A stretch of DNA of 49,648 bases, filler included, from Sphacelaria rigidula (taxonomy: Eukaryota), in NCBI GenBank assembly GCA_964200075.2. It is 3 parts of 3 records of this genome, joined end to end, with 100 filler letters (N's around TTAATTAATTAA, not from the genome) between each part and the next. Parts side by side here need not be neighbours in the genome. Positions count along the whole stretch, not along the records: positions 1 to 16,486 come from CAXNAA020001339.1; 2 more parts are not named here. The stretch is one strand, 5' to 3'. Under the pieces are notes generated by a model. It ran no database searches and was not told where the DNA came from. It saw only the letters and a program-made list of their open reading frames with translations. Within the stretch, counting starts at the first letter, position 1; each line of letters opens with the position of its first letter. This document shows positions 1 to 12,100 of this stretch, one piece after another. Both the position numbers and the translations under genes were made by a program.

Positions 1-306
1 TTCGGTGTTCTGGTGTAAAAATAGGGGTAAACTGGTGTTGGGCGATCTTTTTTGTTTTTTCTTTTTTCTCTCCCCCCCCTGAGGGGGGGGGGGGGTATAA
101 ACCGTTTTCCAGTCTGTAAGGCCCCTTGAGTTGTGTTATGCTGGGTATACTCGGAAGTGGGGGATTTTTGGTTGGCATACTAGACCATACCGGAATGTGT
201 ATCGAACATCTCATTGTGATTCGACAGGGTATCAAGCCCTGTTCCGAACACTTCCGTATGGTCCGGGAGGGTATTTGTCGATAAATTAACCTTTTTCACA
301 AAGAGT

Positions 307-720
307 CGGTCACCCCGGTGGCTCAGTTGGTAACCTCGGAACCCTCTGACCTTTGGGTCGTGGGTTCAAATTTCGGGTCAAGTCACACGATCTGGGATTT
401 TTTCTCACACCATGTCCGACAGTGGAGAGCGACTATGTCGTGGGTACACAAAATTCGACATCACGGTCGACGATGGAAAGGGGCCACTGAACCCCTCGCG
501 CGAGAAAAAATAAGGCAAGCACCGCAGAAGGAAGGTGGAGTACTAAAACAAAAGAAAGAACAAAAAAACTCCTGTGTTGACCTTCCTCCTGTGTGACCCC
601 GGCTGATGCGCGCCCACGTACACCGAACGGTGTAGACTGGCGTCTAGAAAAGATGGGATGACAGCCGGGCTGCGTGTTGCTGTCATGTTCCAGCATTGCG
701 ACACCACACAAACAGTTAGT
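307..720 (+). mobile_element. tRNA-derived SINE, copy 1
   Basis: Head has A-box TGGCTCAGTTGG and B-box GGGTTCAAA. Body (cagtggagagcgactatgtcgtgggtacacaaaattcgac...gttgaccttcctcctgtgtgaccccggctg) recurs at 15.6-15.9 kb and 23.2-23.5 kb. 3' boundary approximate. Confidence 0.75.
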
Positions 721-1162
721 TCAGTGTTCCGCCACGCACTTTTTTTTTCTTTTCTTTTCTGGCTTTTTCATGCCTCCGCATTTTCGAATATGATGACGAA
801 TATCGCGGGTTTGCTGCCGGGTTGGACATTGCACCTTTGACCCCCATTTCGTCAGAGAGAACTGCTGTACGCAGCGAGTATAACCGATTGTGATTACGAG
901 TGCAATATATTGCGAATATGAGGAGCAAACTATAGTCAATACTTTGAAGTAAAATGAGGCGGGTTCGCACGAGCGAAGGGGGGGGTTGTCGCTACTTTCG
1001 TGCTCATCAGCCCTCCGGGCGCGCGCGAAACAGCTCAATGGTGTTGTGAGAGACTGCTGCTCTCGTGCTATATCGCTTTCTACCTCACTGAGGCGCTTGG
1101 GACTATAAGCGGTCCACTACAAAAGGTTTTACACGTCGGACACCTCACCTTACCTCGAGTGA

Positions 1163-2005
1163 ACTCATTTTCGTACAACTCAGCGCTGAGTATTACGGAA
1201 TAATTCAGTGTTACCTATTTCTACCGGCTGAGTTATACGGTATAACTTAGCGTTACGCGATCCACTGAATCAGCTATACCGTAAAACTCAGTGGTACCTA
1301 TCGCCACTTGATTAGATACATTGACAAACGAGAATCAGACCGCAGTCACAGGCGAGAGGCTGCTGCGTCGAGGGCCGCCAATCGAAGAATCCTGTCTGCT
1401 CATGTCGGTTGTTGACTATGTCCTTGGTCGGTGGCACTGCGGTGCCCACTGGTGTGTGTCCATGTCTACTCTGCTCCCCTGAATCCCTTGGGCTTTTTCC
1501 TTTGTATAATTATTGTATTCCATTTTTTCCCCCCTTTGTTGTTGTTTCAGGTCGGCCATCTCTTTCTGTGTTTTGCTTTTGTTGACTCTTTTCATTGTTC
1601 TTCTTTTTTTTTCACGTCTTAGTCTATTATGTTGTTCTCTTCGACTTTATTCTGCTCGTTCTTTTCTTCGGCGAGTATTTCAGTTTTGTTGTGTCTTGGG
1701 TAGGTCCATCATGCGACCATGGCTGGACCCCTGGAGGATAAAGTGCGACAATCAATTATTCAATCAATCAATCAATCATGGTATACCTCAGTACTGAGTT
1801 CCAGTGGATGATTCGCGCGATAGAACTCAGCGGGACCATTTCCCACAGGCTGACCTGTACGGTATAACTCAGCAGTATTTCTTTCCACTGAGTGAGTTAT
1901 ATTGTTAATCTCAGCGGTACCTTTTCTCCACTGGATAAGCTACACGGTACAACTCAGCGACACCTTCTTCCGCTGGCCGAGTTCTACCGTGTGACTCAGC
2001 GGTAT
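1163..2005. repeat. 42-bp palindromic tandem array A, split by the retroposon at 1322-1778
   Basis: Degenerate units of tatttccactggctgagttataccgtataactcagtggtacc at ~1163-1320 and ~1780-2005. Confidence 0.8.
1322..1778 (+). mobile_element. Non-LTR retroposon 3' end with (TCAA)n tail
   Basis: T-rich body, conserved motif gaccatggctgga, then a caatcaatcaatca tail. Inserted into the 42-bp array. Confidence 0.65.
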
Positions 2006-2521
2006 ATGTTGCAACCCGGGTTTATTTACAGGCGAAGATGTACCGCCGACATGCTTTGATCGTCCTGTTGTACTGTTGTGATATCTGTCATCTCCGAATA
2101 CACACACGCGCGCGCGCTTCGCGAATAGCAAAGATAGTTAAGTTGCGTGCGACAGATTGCACATAACGCACGGGGTTTTTTACATGACGTCCACCATGGG
2201 CCTCGGAGGTGCAACAACGGATTAAAGTAGTAGGGAACAGGATGTTGTGGATCTCATCAGCGAGCCAGAGTAGCGGCGGCAGCAGCAGCAGCAGCAGAAG
2301 TGGCCTGGTCAGCCGGCGGTACTCGTAGTTTTGAAAACAAGGTCCGCGAGGTTCGTGCCGAGGTCAGCGAGGGGCACTTGACACAACGCTTTACTCGTCG
2401 GACAACTCAACTCACCCTAGTCTGTAGACGGCGAGAGTAGGTAATTTGTTGAATCGGCATCAATTTCACCTGAAAAAAGTATGCATGATCCAGATGAACT
2501 ACCCTCGCGCGGTCTAAGGGC

Positions 2522-2875
2522 AACTCATTTTCGAATACTCAGCGGTACATACTTTATATTTCCACTCCATGAGTTATATGGTATTCCTCCGCGGTACCTA
2601 TTTCTAATGGATAATTTATACCGTTTAACGCAAGGGTATGTATTTCCACTGGCTGAGTTATACCGTATAACTCAGTGGTACCTATTTTCACTTGCTGAGT
2701 TGTACTGTATAACTCAGCAGAACAATTTCCCACAGGCTCAGTTGCAGGGTATAACTCAGTGGTAGCTATTTCCAGTGACTTGAGTTGTGTGGTACATCTC
2801 AGCGATACCATGTTTCACTGGGTGAGTAGTGGGAATAACCCAGCTGTACCTTTTTCCGATGGTTGAGTTCTCCAC
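2522..2875. repeat. 42-bp palindromic tandem array B (~8 units)
   Basis: Best unit is 2641-2682. Its core ctgagttatac-c-gtataactcag is a perfect 11-bp inverted repeat. The 14-aa periodicity of ORFs 2481..2765 and 2554..2811 reflects the 42-bp period. Confidence 0.85.
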
Positions 2876-5651
2876 ATGACTGAGTAAACTCATGAGTTCT
2901 CGTACGCGTGAAAGGTTTGGCGAGATCGTGTGACCGTCGCCAAGCTACACCTCGATTGAAGTCCGATGAACCACCGTGCTCATCATGTTGATTTTGGCGA
3001 TCGGCTCGATCGCATTTTCTACGCTCAAAACACCCGGCGCCGAGGGGCTGTCTCGAAAACGAAAAATGGCTACAAGGTACGCTAGCGGGAAAGTGCGGCT
3101 TGACTGATTCTGCTTGTTTCAACTCGTTTTGAGTCTGTTATAGATGAACTTCATCAAGCACAGCAAGAAACGGAGATGTACGTTACGAATCACGGCAAAC
3201 GTCACCCCTAACCTCGGGGCTGTACACACGCGCTCATCACGGAATACACGGCCCACGACACAGAGCTCGATAGGCCGGGGCGTAGCTCTCGATGAGCCTG
3301 TTGGTTGTGTACTTGGCTTTGTTTCAATCGGCCTTACACTGAAGCAGTGTTTGGATTTTGGACAACTGCGTCAGTCAAACTGACGGTTGATGAAAAAACG
3401 AAAAAACAAAGAAAAAACCTCTGATGCGTTTTCCCCGTTGCTCGCCCAATATCACACCAACGCCACTTTAAAGCATTTCCTCATACTGCGGTGGACCGTG
3501 GCTACCATAAAAGGTGTCAGGCATCTAGCGTGAGTGTCTGTGGATTGAAGGCCATGTCTTGAAATGTTGAGCACGTTTCCGACGGTAACGCACTACAACC
3601 ACATGACAAAACACGGACTATACTTCTTACTGACATGTGATCATTTGCGCGCACGTTCTAGCGGAAAAGCTGGCAGTTTCTATTTCTAGCCTGCCCGTTA
3701 CATGCGAAGAGCTACGAAAAAACATGAAACTATTCAGCAGCAGAAATGACGTGAATCTACCACAACGAGTTTTTTGTCTCAACGCATCTTCTCGCAGCCC
3801 GAAATGCTTGAGAAGACAAGCCCCTTAGTTCACGATATTCTTGTTCGCACAGCATCCACCGAAACAAATCCACTCGCTATAGACAACCAAAACACAAATC
3901 TACCAGTTAGGCGAGTCCTACCGTGATGAGACGTTGCCGCAAATTAAGCAGCTGCTGTAAGAACAAGACGAAACTACGGGCAGCAATAACTGCACCGTTG
4001 TGTGAGGTTCACACCCTGGACAAAAGATTTTATTGTAAAAAAATGTACTGCGTACAGTATGGAATCTATTGTCTGCTGCAATAGGCGCAATAGTCGATAC
4101 TGTACGCAGTATAATTTTTGACTGTGTATTCTTTAGTCCAGGGTATGGTGAGGTTACGAGCACAAAGGTCCACCATAAACGATGATTGCAGGCATGCTCC
4201 ACTCATGTGTGTAACAACAGCATATATCAGACCGAGCAGCATGAGTTCAGCGCGGGCGCCGGTCCCATGAGCATCGATCTTCACCCGAAAAATAAAATGA
4301 TTTGAAAATAGAATACCTACAACGGCCTCTACTAACAGTCAAATGAGCACAAGTGGTGGAAGGTCTTACACTAGTATTATTTAGAGGTTAGTCAAGATGC
4401 CAGAACTTGACACCCATGGTGAGTTACGTCGAGTGGATGGGTTCCATCGAAAGCTCTAGACGAGAGGAACTCTTCGTTGTATTGTATCGGGACTTGATTC
4501 TTCGCATCAAAGGCGATATATCCCCATTTTCAGTCCATCTGTAGTGGGTGCTCTCTGCGCAATCGATTTCAGATATCAGATGGAAAATGACCATCGTGGA
4601 CAAAGGGTATATCTGTTGTGCCAACTTTTTCGGTAAATATCCACCGTCTGTCAGTGCACCGTGGCGCATGAAATTGACCCGAGTTCTTGAAGGAGTTAGC
4701 TTTCGACGTGTTCTATAGGTTCGTGCCGGTATGGGTATGATTGCATGCTTTATTGAGTCTGCTGCCTCTGCGTCTTGTATTTGGAGGGGTGGTAAAGAAC
4801 ATGACACTAAATCAAGCCGAACAGACGGAGTTGGCTCTAGACAGCGACTATCATGTAGATTATATCCCGTTGTGCTGGCACCCACTGGTAGTGTATGGTT
4901 CACCTTCTTCATCAGCTGGAGTTATCAGAGGATCAAGAACACCGAAAGGCAAAGGCTCTGCCAACCTTCGCAGAGTACGTTACGTCGTTCAAGTCTTCCC
5001 AAGGATGTACCTGCGCGAGGTTACCCCGCGTTTCCCGCGCTCCCCATTATTCCAGCACCGCCATCTTGGTCCGATACCCATAGCCCTCCTTGAAGCACCC
5101 AGCGGCAGTACTGACGGACACCGAACTAACATGGTAGCTACGTTGCAAGCCACTGAAACGTTGAACAACCTAACACTTGCCATTGTGGATCATGTACTGT
5201 ACTTACATTCGACTACTTTTCAGACCCGCAAGACACTTTCGCAGGAAGGCGTGGGACACACACGCCACTCCTCCGGGATAGCAAGCACATGTCCTGCACG
5301 AAAATACAGGTTACCCCTCATTTATGTGCACGCGGGCAACGAACTATCGCCCGTCATCTAAATGAAAAAAATTGAATAAAAACGAGCAACTACGGTGCAG
5401 CCGTTCCAGAACTTACCGGCCTTTATCATGTAGGCATTTCTCGATCCCGGTGCAATTTGGTGTCATCATGCACAGACACGACATGTGTCACACACACGCC
5501 TGTGAACGTCATATTTCACCATTAACCTGTACCTTTTTTGTGTCGAAGGTCGATCAAGGACTTCCTCGTCACATACAAACTACTGAGATGCCGGCGTGTT
5601 CATCCAACGTCTCACTATACAGATGTCGGTTTCCATAGCGCTTGGTTCTCA

Positions 5652-6014
5652 ACAATGTTGGAGTAGACCTAGAGTTTTGGTCGTATATTTATGGTTGACA
5701 ACATGCCTACTACTAGATTCAAACTTGACAAAGTTCTGAGAAAATTTATGGTTTGGGACAGGTGGGCAGTGGGCCAAGCTGGTCCAGAACGCGTTTATGT
5801 CGAAATCGGCGCCTGCGGCGTCGATTTCAGGCCTGCGAACGCACACTCTGCCTAGGGGAACCTATCCACCCCCCTTGCCCGAGGGTCTCGCACGCCTTGG
5901 GTCGGGGTTAGGGTTAGGGTTAGGGTTAGGGTTAGGGTGAGCGTTATTTTCAGTTTGTTCGAAAAAATCAACCATAGATATTCGACCAAAGCTCTAGGTC
6001 GCCTCCGATGTTGT
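5652..6014. mobile_element. MITE-like element with 47-bp terminal inverted repeats enclosing (TTAGGG)5
   Basis: 5652-5698 matches the reverse complement of 5968-6014 at 39/47 positions (hand count). Perfect (TTAGGG)5 at 5908-5937. Confidence 0.65.
5908..5937 (+). repeat. Interstitial telomere-type repeat (TTAGGG)5
   Basis: Five exact TTAGGG copies. Confidence 0.95.
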
Positions 6015-7726
6015 CCCCTTCCATCTTCAAGGGAATGGGGAGTGAGGGAACGTAGTTCATACGTCGTCAGAAAAGTAAATGCTTGGAAACTAAGTCAAAA
6101 CGAGGACAGCATACATCCGCAGATGAACTTCTTGCCGGCACGTTAGGGGGGTAGCACCTCCACGAAGACAGCAGCGGGTTAATAGCAATCTCGGATGCAC
6201 GCAACGTTAAACATGAGTTTCAGGCAATGCGACGTAGGGGAGAGGGAGAGATGTAACTCACATGTTGTACAGACGACGCAGTGATCACCGGACAAGGAGC
6301 AATAAACTTTATGATTGACGAACAAAATATCTATGGGTGGACTGTGCCGCGTGATCTGGCAACATACATGTCGGCGTTGTGCACCTACTCAAGACTCGGG
6401 TTGCCACCTACAATCCGCAGGATAGGATAGGCGTATTCTTCGCTGCACCCGAAAAACCGACTATAACCCTTTTGGGACCGACCCCCCACTAACACAGGGT
6501 TGACCCTGTGTTAATGAAATAATAAAAAACAAGTCTTCGAGCGACCTGCCCAATCACGGCGAGGCGAAATTTATCGACCAGATCCGAACGACCAGTGCTG
6601 GGGTTGTTGGCGAGTATGATGCCACTGTAAAGATCGTGTGGGGACCCTATCCCTGGCCCAGATAAGCCTTCGCAGGTTTCCAAGTGCAGGGCGGTCGGAG
6701 CTTGGTTGTATGATATGACTTGCACTCAGTATACCTTTACCGAGTTTTCCAGTGTTTTTTTGGGGTCTCAATTTCCTACTAAAACGTAGTAATTACACCA
6801 ACACAGGGTCGACCGGAAAACCGGGAAGGAGTGTACATGCTACCATGTGGTCATTTTCACCACGCCCTAAAACCAGGCGGGCTGTGGAAAGACAAAAGGA
6901 TCTACTATCATGAGTTCTGCTTATCCCTCTGGCGATGACTTGCAGGGTGCAGTTAATATGTATGTAGTGGGGATGAAGAAGCGGTATGTAGGCAGTTGAT
7001 CTCGGTAGCTGAGAATTGCCCAGAACGTGCAAGGGAGTATGCAGCGGCAGCTGCTGCTTCAGTCGGAGGCGTACTACACTGTACTGTACCGTACTATACT
7101 GTTGCATGCATGCGTGCCGCAACACTGATACCGTTCGAGGAGAATTTCCCGCATGCAACAGAGGGGGATATAGCGGCCCACCCCGACCACAAAGGGCTGT
7201 GTGGCAAGGTGATGGAGACAAAAGTATTATCCAAAGCCACAAGTGGCGGGGGGCCCGCCGGTCGCCGCATCCTGTTGGAAGCTCTCTACCGCGACCCATA
7301 TTGCTGGCTACATCATCAGATGTACACCATTGCACCTGTGCACCTGAAAATGGACTAGATGAAACTTTCTGTCTTCGTCACAACCCTGCGCTTCCATACA
7401 CGATTTTCAGCAACACGCCACTGTTTCGTGCAGACGCCAGACACGTCATTTCTGACCAGCCTCATTGGTCGTTCTGGAGGCCCGGTCCCAAAAGGTTTAA
7501 ACGAGTATCCTGATTTACTGCCGTATTTCTCGACCTCCCACTGTCTGTGCGCAGACGGTAGATACAAAAACACGTGGGAAGGTATACCTCATCATCGTTT
7601 TGGCACGTATCCATCACAGCACGTGTCGACGATTCATCACAAAAGTAGGTATCTTCCCCCGCCAGGCTTCTCATTCTCAAATCGTTACCCAGTCCCTCCA
7701 CTACTCCCGAGCAATAAGCATCCCCC

Positions 7727-9079
7727 TTATTCCCCTAGCAGAACGCCAATATCGTGAAAAAGATCCTCGTGGGCCCTGGTATCTGCACAGCCGCTGCTAT
7801 CCCTATTGTCGTCAACTCCTACGGGACACTGTCGCTGCAGCTGTCTTCGTGAATGCAACCAAGCCTTCTTGTTCTCTCGTAGCTTGCCGAGTGACGCCGG
7901 CGACTCTTTCTGCAGAATACCACAAAGTGCCGGGTACAAGAAGAAGGAAATGAAGAGGTGAGCGAGGCGAACATCGAAACAAAACGACGCGACGTTTCTT
8001 CATACGATTTTTCCCCTGAGAATGCGGAGGGGATGCAATTGAAGTACGATAAAATAAGCTCTGAGCAAACGCCGACATCAGCCCTTAGCTCATGCTGATA
8101 CTACCCAAGACGATTCAACATAGTTGCAAAGTGCGAGTGCATTCGAGCCATCAAACGCATTCCGCACACCAGCAGGCGATCGTCGTAGCGGCGTCTCGCC
8201 AGGTATGGGCGAAAACCGACGACGTAACGCTCAACCACGACTGGCAACGCTTCGCCAGCAACAGTACGCGAGCATGAGCCCTCCGAAACGACACCCACAA
8301 TTCTTGCCGCGTTGGCTCAATTCCTATGTGTGTAACCTCAGCACCGGATCATCTCACCTCGCCTTTATGCCACAATCTCCACCTCAGCTGTTCTCCTACG
8401 CACCCCTCTCGGCCGTCACCACGCTCCAATTCACCATTTCCCGCCTCGCCCCAACACATGCGTTTTTTTCCAAATCCTTCTCTTTTCGGTTTACCTGCAG
8501 CGTGTCCCATATCGCCCCCCTCCCACTCCGGCGGTTGCTCGACCACCTCGTGCTCATGTTGCGGTGTTGTTTGACTTGGTGACGGTGGCGGTGGGGCACA
8601 ACGGGGTGGTGGCGCGACGGGCAGATGAGGTGTAGAGCTCGAAGACGCGGCTATGCGTGCTCTTGCCTCGCCATCATCGAGGAGGAGCCGGAGGGCGTCT
8701 TCCGTGGCCGGTGGAACGAGTCGCGCTGTTATCGGTGTGCTGTTCGGGGGGGTGTCAAATATGGTCGGCGGCGGCGTCGCGAAGTCTATGGAGGTCAGTA
8801 CCTTCGTGGAATAGTCGTCTTCTTGTGTGTATATCTGTGTACCCACCGAAACGAACACTGCGAAGTCGGATCTCTGAAAATTATGATCGCCAACAATTCG
8901 AGGACGTACCGAATGAATGTACAAACGAGTCATCTCAAAGAGACCACGTCTACATCTATCTCCACCAAACATCGAAAAAACGGATGAACCAGCGCAGGTG
9001 GTACAATAAACCATACCTCACCACTGATGGATTCAAGGCACAACAACCCGCGAAAAAACTCTACGAAAAACGAAATGAA

Positions 9080-9111
<32 letters not shown>

Positions 9112-12100
9112 ACCCCCACCCCCACCCCCGGCCCCCCCCCCCCCCCCCCCTCTCCCCCCCTCCCCCCCCTNNNNNNNNNAAAAAACCATCCCCCCCCCCT
9201 GATTGATTCAAGGCACAACACCCCCCCAAAAACCCCCACCAAAACCCAAATTAACCCCCCCCCCCCCCCCCGCCCCCTTCCCCTCCCCCTAGCGCGCACT
9301 GTTCTCCCTCCCATCTCTCTTCTGCCCCCCCATTCACCAATTGTTTCGCTTCGCGCGCCAGGTGATCTCTTACCTGTGACTCACGTCAGGACTGACATTA
9401 ACCTCGATCAGCATCACATGCAGATCCTCCGTTAGCATGAGATCAAACCCAAGCCACTCCATTCCACAGCCCTTCATCTCAAGCTCCTCGCGCACGCTGA
9501 CGAGGGTTTCAACCACCACGGAGCGGATACGCGGAAGCACGACGTCCCCAAACACGTCTGTGCCCTTCCTTGATATCGCGGATAGGGCCCAGATGCACAC
9601 AACAAACGTCACCAGCCGGATGGGAGCGGTGAAAGAGAGGGTACGTGGGGAATCGGCCTCGAGAAGATAGTGTCACACCAGTCCAGAGACGTCAAACTTT
9701 TTAAACGAGTACGACACTAGTCTCGCATCAGAAAGATTGCTCTTGGGTCTGCCGCCGTGCAGTGTTGATGTTACGACTTTTCTCGGCCACTTCTTCATAT
9801 TTCCTTCATTTTCGTCCCTTGGTTGCTGTGTCAGCAGCTGTCTACCTCAAGCCGATACCAAGAAACTTCACATCAACGGAGAGAAAAAAACATAATATTC
9901 AAATCCCCGTATGACCGCCATACAACACATACCTCGAAACAATGGTCCAGGTATCTCTTGAGCTGGTCAATGCTCCACATGTGCCCCTGTGCTCCTGTCG
10001 GAAACGATGGCGACGACGACGAAGATACCGAATTTCGATCCAAGCCGTCAATTGCCATTTCCCATGCAGGTCCACTCCCAGGATGAGAGCGAGGGGTAGA
10101 CGCCTTTCCGGTGGGAGGAAACGCGCTACCTTTCTCCTCTTTCTGGACGGAGTGGTTGCAAAGGTGAGTAAGTCTGTCCGACAGACTTGAGACCTGGGAG
10201 CAGAAGAACGATGTAAGGTATGCGGTGTGCGGAATGTTCGACAACGATGTCAGACCGTCAATCCGACGTGACAAACTCAACCCGAGTGATGAAGATCGAT
10301 ATCGAATCGAAAAATAGATCGCGATATAAATTGGCCATTCTGCGAATCGAAAATCGCCGGCTGAAAAAACGTTTTTTTTCGATTCGAATCAATATCGAGT
10401 ACCGAGTTCCGATTCTCGATTACTTTTTACATTTGGCCCTATTTTCCTAGAACGTATGCGGGGTGGTATTTTCAGCTATACCCCGGGGATCCCTCTGTCC
10501 CAAAACCCACTCACACTCCCCACACCTCTCACGAAACACAACACACAACCGTTCGGAGCGTGTTTTCTCCCCCTCCGGGAACGTCGTCACCAACAAGAGG
10601 AACGGGTTGGGGGCCGAGTAGGTCAACAACCTCGTGATCCTACACGGGTGCCACAGGGTCGCGTCGAACATGGGGGACTTTAACCCGAGGCTCCTCACGA
10701 AAGCAAAGCGTTCGTCTAAATGAGTAGCTACAGCAGCAGTAGCAGCAACTTGCGTCGGTGTCCTTGGTGGCTTGTTCGCAGTATACGTATATTTCTCAGG
10801 TGCAGAAAGGAAGTGTTGCGGTAGATAAACCAAGTGTAAATCTAGTGTCTCAGTTCGGCAGTATGTAGTGACATTGTTTCTTCCGCTGTAGCGGGAGGTG
10901 AGCGCCACAGCACTCAATGCTGCCATGTGTGTAACAACAACGCACCTCGTCCTACTCTCAGACTTGAGACCACGAGCATTTCATGAACCAGACACAGAAA
11001 CTGCTGTTTATGCCCGTTGATAAGGCGCCCTCTTGCGGTATCGATTGATTGATTGATTGTCACCCTTTAACTGACCACCCATGGGTCTGGCCGTGGTCGC
11101 ATGATAGAGGTACCCAAGAAAAGCAAAACTGAAACACTCGTCCAAGAAAACGAAGGAGCAGAAAAAAGTCGAACAGAACGACATAGTAGACTCAGACGTG
11201 AAAAAAAGAGAAATCAAGAAATCAAGGAAAAATCAACAAAAGAAGAGCACATAAAATATGTATGTTCAATTTTATCCTAGAACCTACACTCGTTTATCTA
11301 CCATTTGCTGCATTGATGTTGCTTGTGTTTCACACTTGCTTGCATATGCTGGCTGATGCAAGCGCAGCGGAATATTGAATCGAGATTGAGTATCGTGTGT
11401 ATCGTCCTTTTCGGAATTTCGACAAAAGTATCGGTATCGTTTTTTTTTTGTCGATTTATAAAAAAAAATCGAACCAAATTCTCGGTTCAATATTTAACAC
11501 TGCTAAACACAATACTCCGAGATGTTTCAGTTGATGCTGGTACCGTACCAAGGTAGTGCAACGTCTCATCAAGCTAAAGTGGGCCGGTGGTGACCTTGAG
11601 GGAGTAACCACCAACTTCATCGAGTGTCGATAGATCGTCGGGTTGTGGTTTCTCACATCCATCGTGAACGGCCTAGAGCTAAACCGAACATAGCCTTCAT
11701 CAAAGCCCCACAGCACCAACGGATTACAGGACGTCACCAGCACCCAGTGGCGAATATCGAACTTGAACCCCTGACCAGCGATGTACACAAGATGCGACAG
11801 GGGGCGGAGGGGACGATCAAGTAATCGAAAGGCAACTGATAACATGGCGAACCGTGCCCGACATCAAGCAGGAGCGGAAGGGCACAGCGCGCTCACGACC
11901 AGAGTACAAGTGGTTGGAAGAGAACACCTTCCACTCCGTTCGGGACGCGTTTCGGTACACCTATCCTTCTCTGGGGGTAATATGTTGCATTTGCCGCATC
12001 ACGCCTACCTGAACAAGAAACGGGCGTTCCACATACTTTTGTACCACAGCCTTCCACCCGAGTTCTCGGCATACGGATAGGATGCCGCGGAGAGAACATG

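Noticed and set aside
307..400. Additional tRNA genes at the SINE heads (also 15800-15889 and 23191-23270)
   Set aside because: A and B boxes are present but there is no full cloverleaf, and each is attached to the same repeat body.
2481..2811. ORFs with 14-aa repeats
   Set aside because: A by-product of the 42-bp DNA repeat; open on both strands with no protein-level signature.
1163..2875. CRISPR array
   Set aside because: The sequences between palindromes are degenerate copies of one linker, not unique spacers. The palindromes themselves are degenerate, no cas genes are visible, and the context is eukaryotic.
2966..3383. Possible two-exon plus-strand gene (...KNGYK|MNFIKH...)
   Set aside because: Plausible splice sites but no homology cue; insufficient support.
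4424..5361. Overlapping 120-206 aa ORFs and exon-like segments
   Set aside because: No recognisable motif, and I could not build a convincing exon chain. It may hide a gene or TE relic; BLASTX is needed.
5908..5937. True telomere or chromosome-fusion site
   Set aside because: Only five units, internal, in a single orientation and enclosed by TIRs.
6793..7757. DIRS-like RNase H relic (DAATGG..., HIN...)
   Set aside because: The motif resemblance is too short and spread over different frames to support without an HMM search.
8657..9314. Poly-Pro (formin/extensin-like) and poly-Gly ORFs
   Set aside because: These translate low-quality C homopolymers around an N gap inside a TTLL intron.
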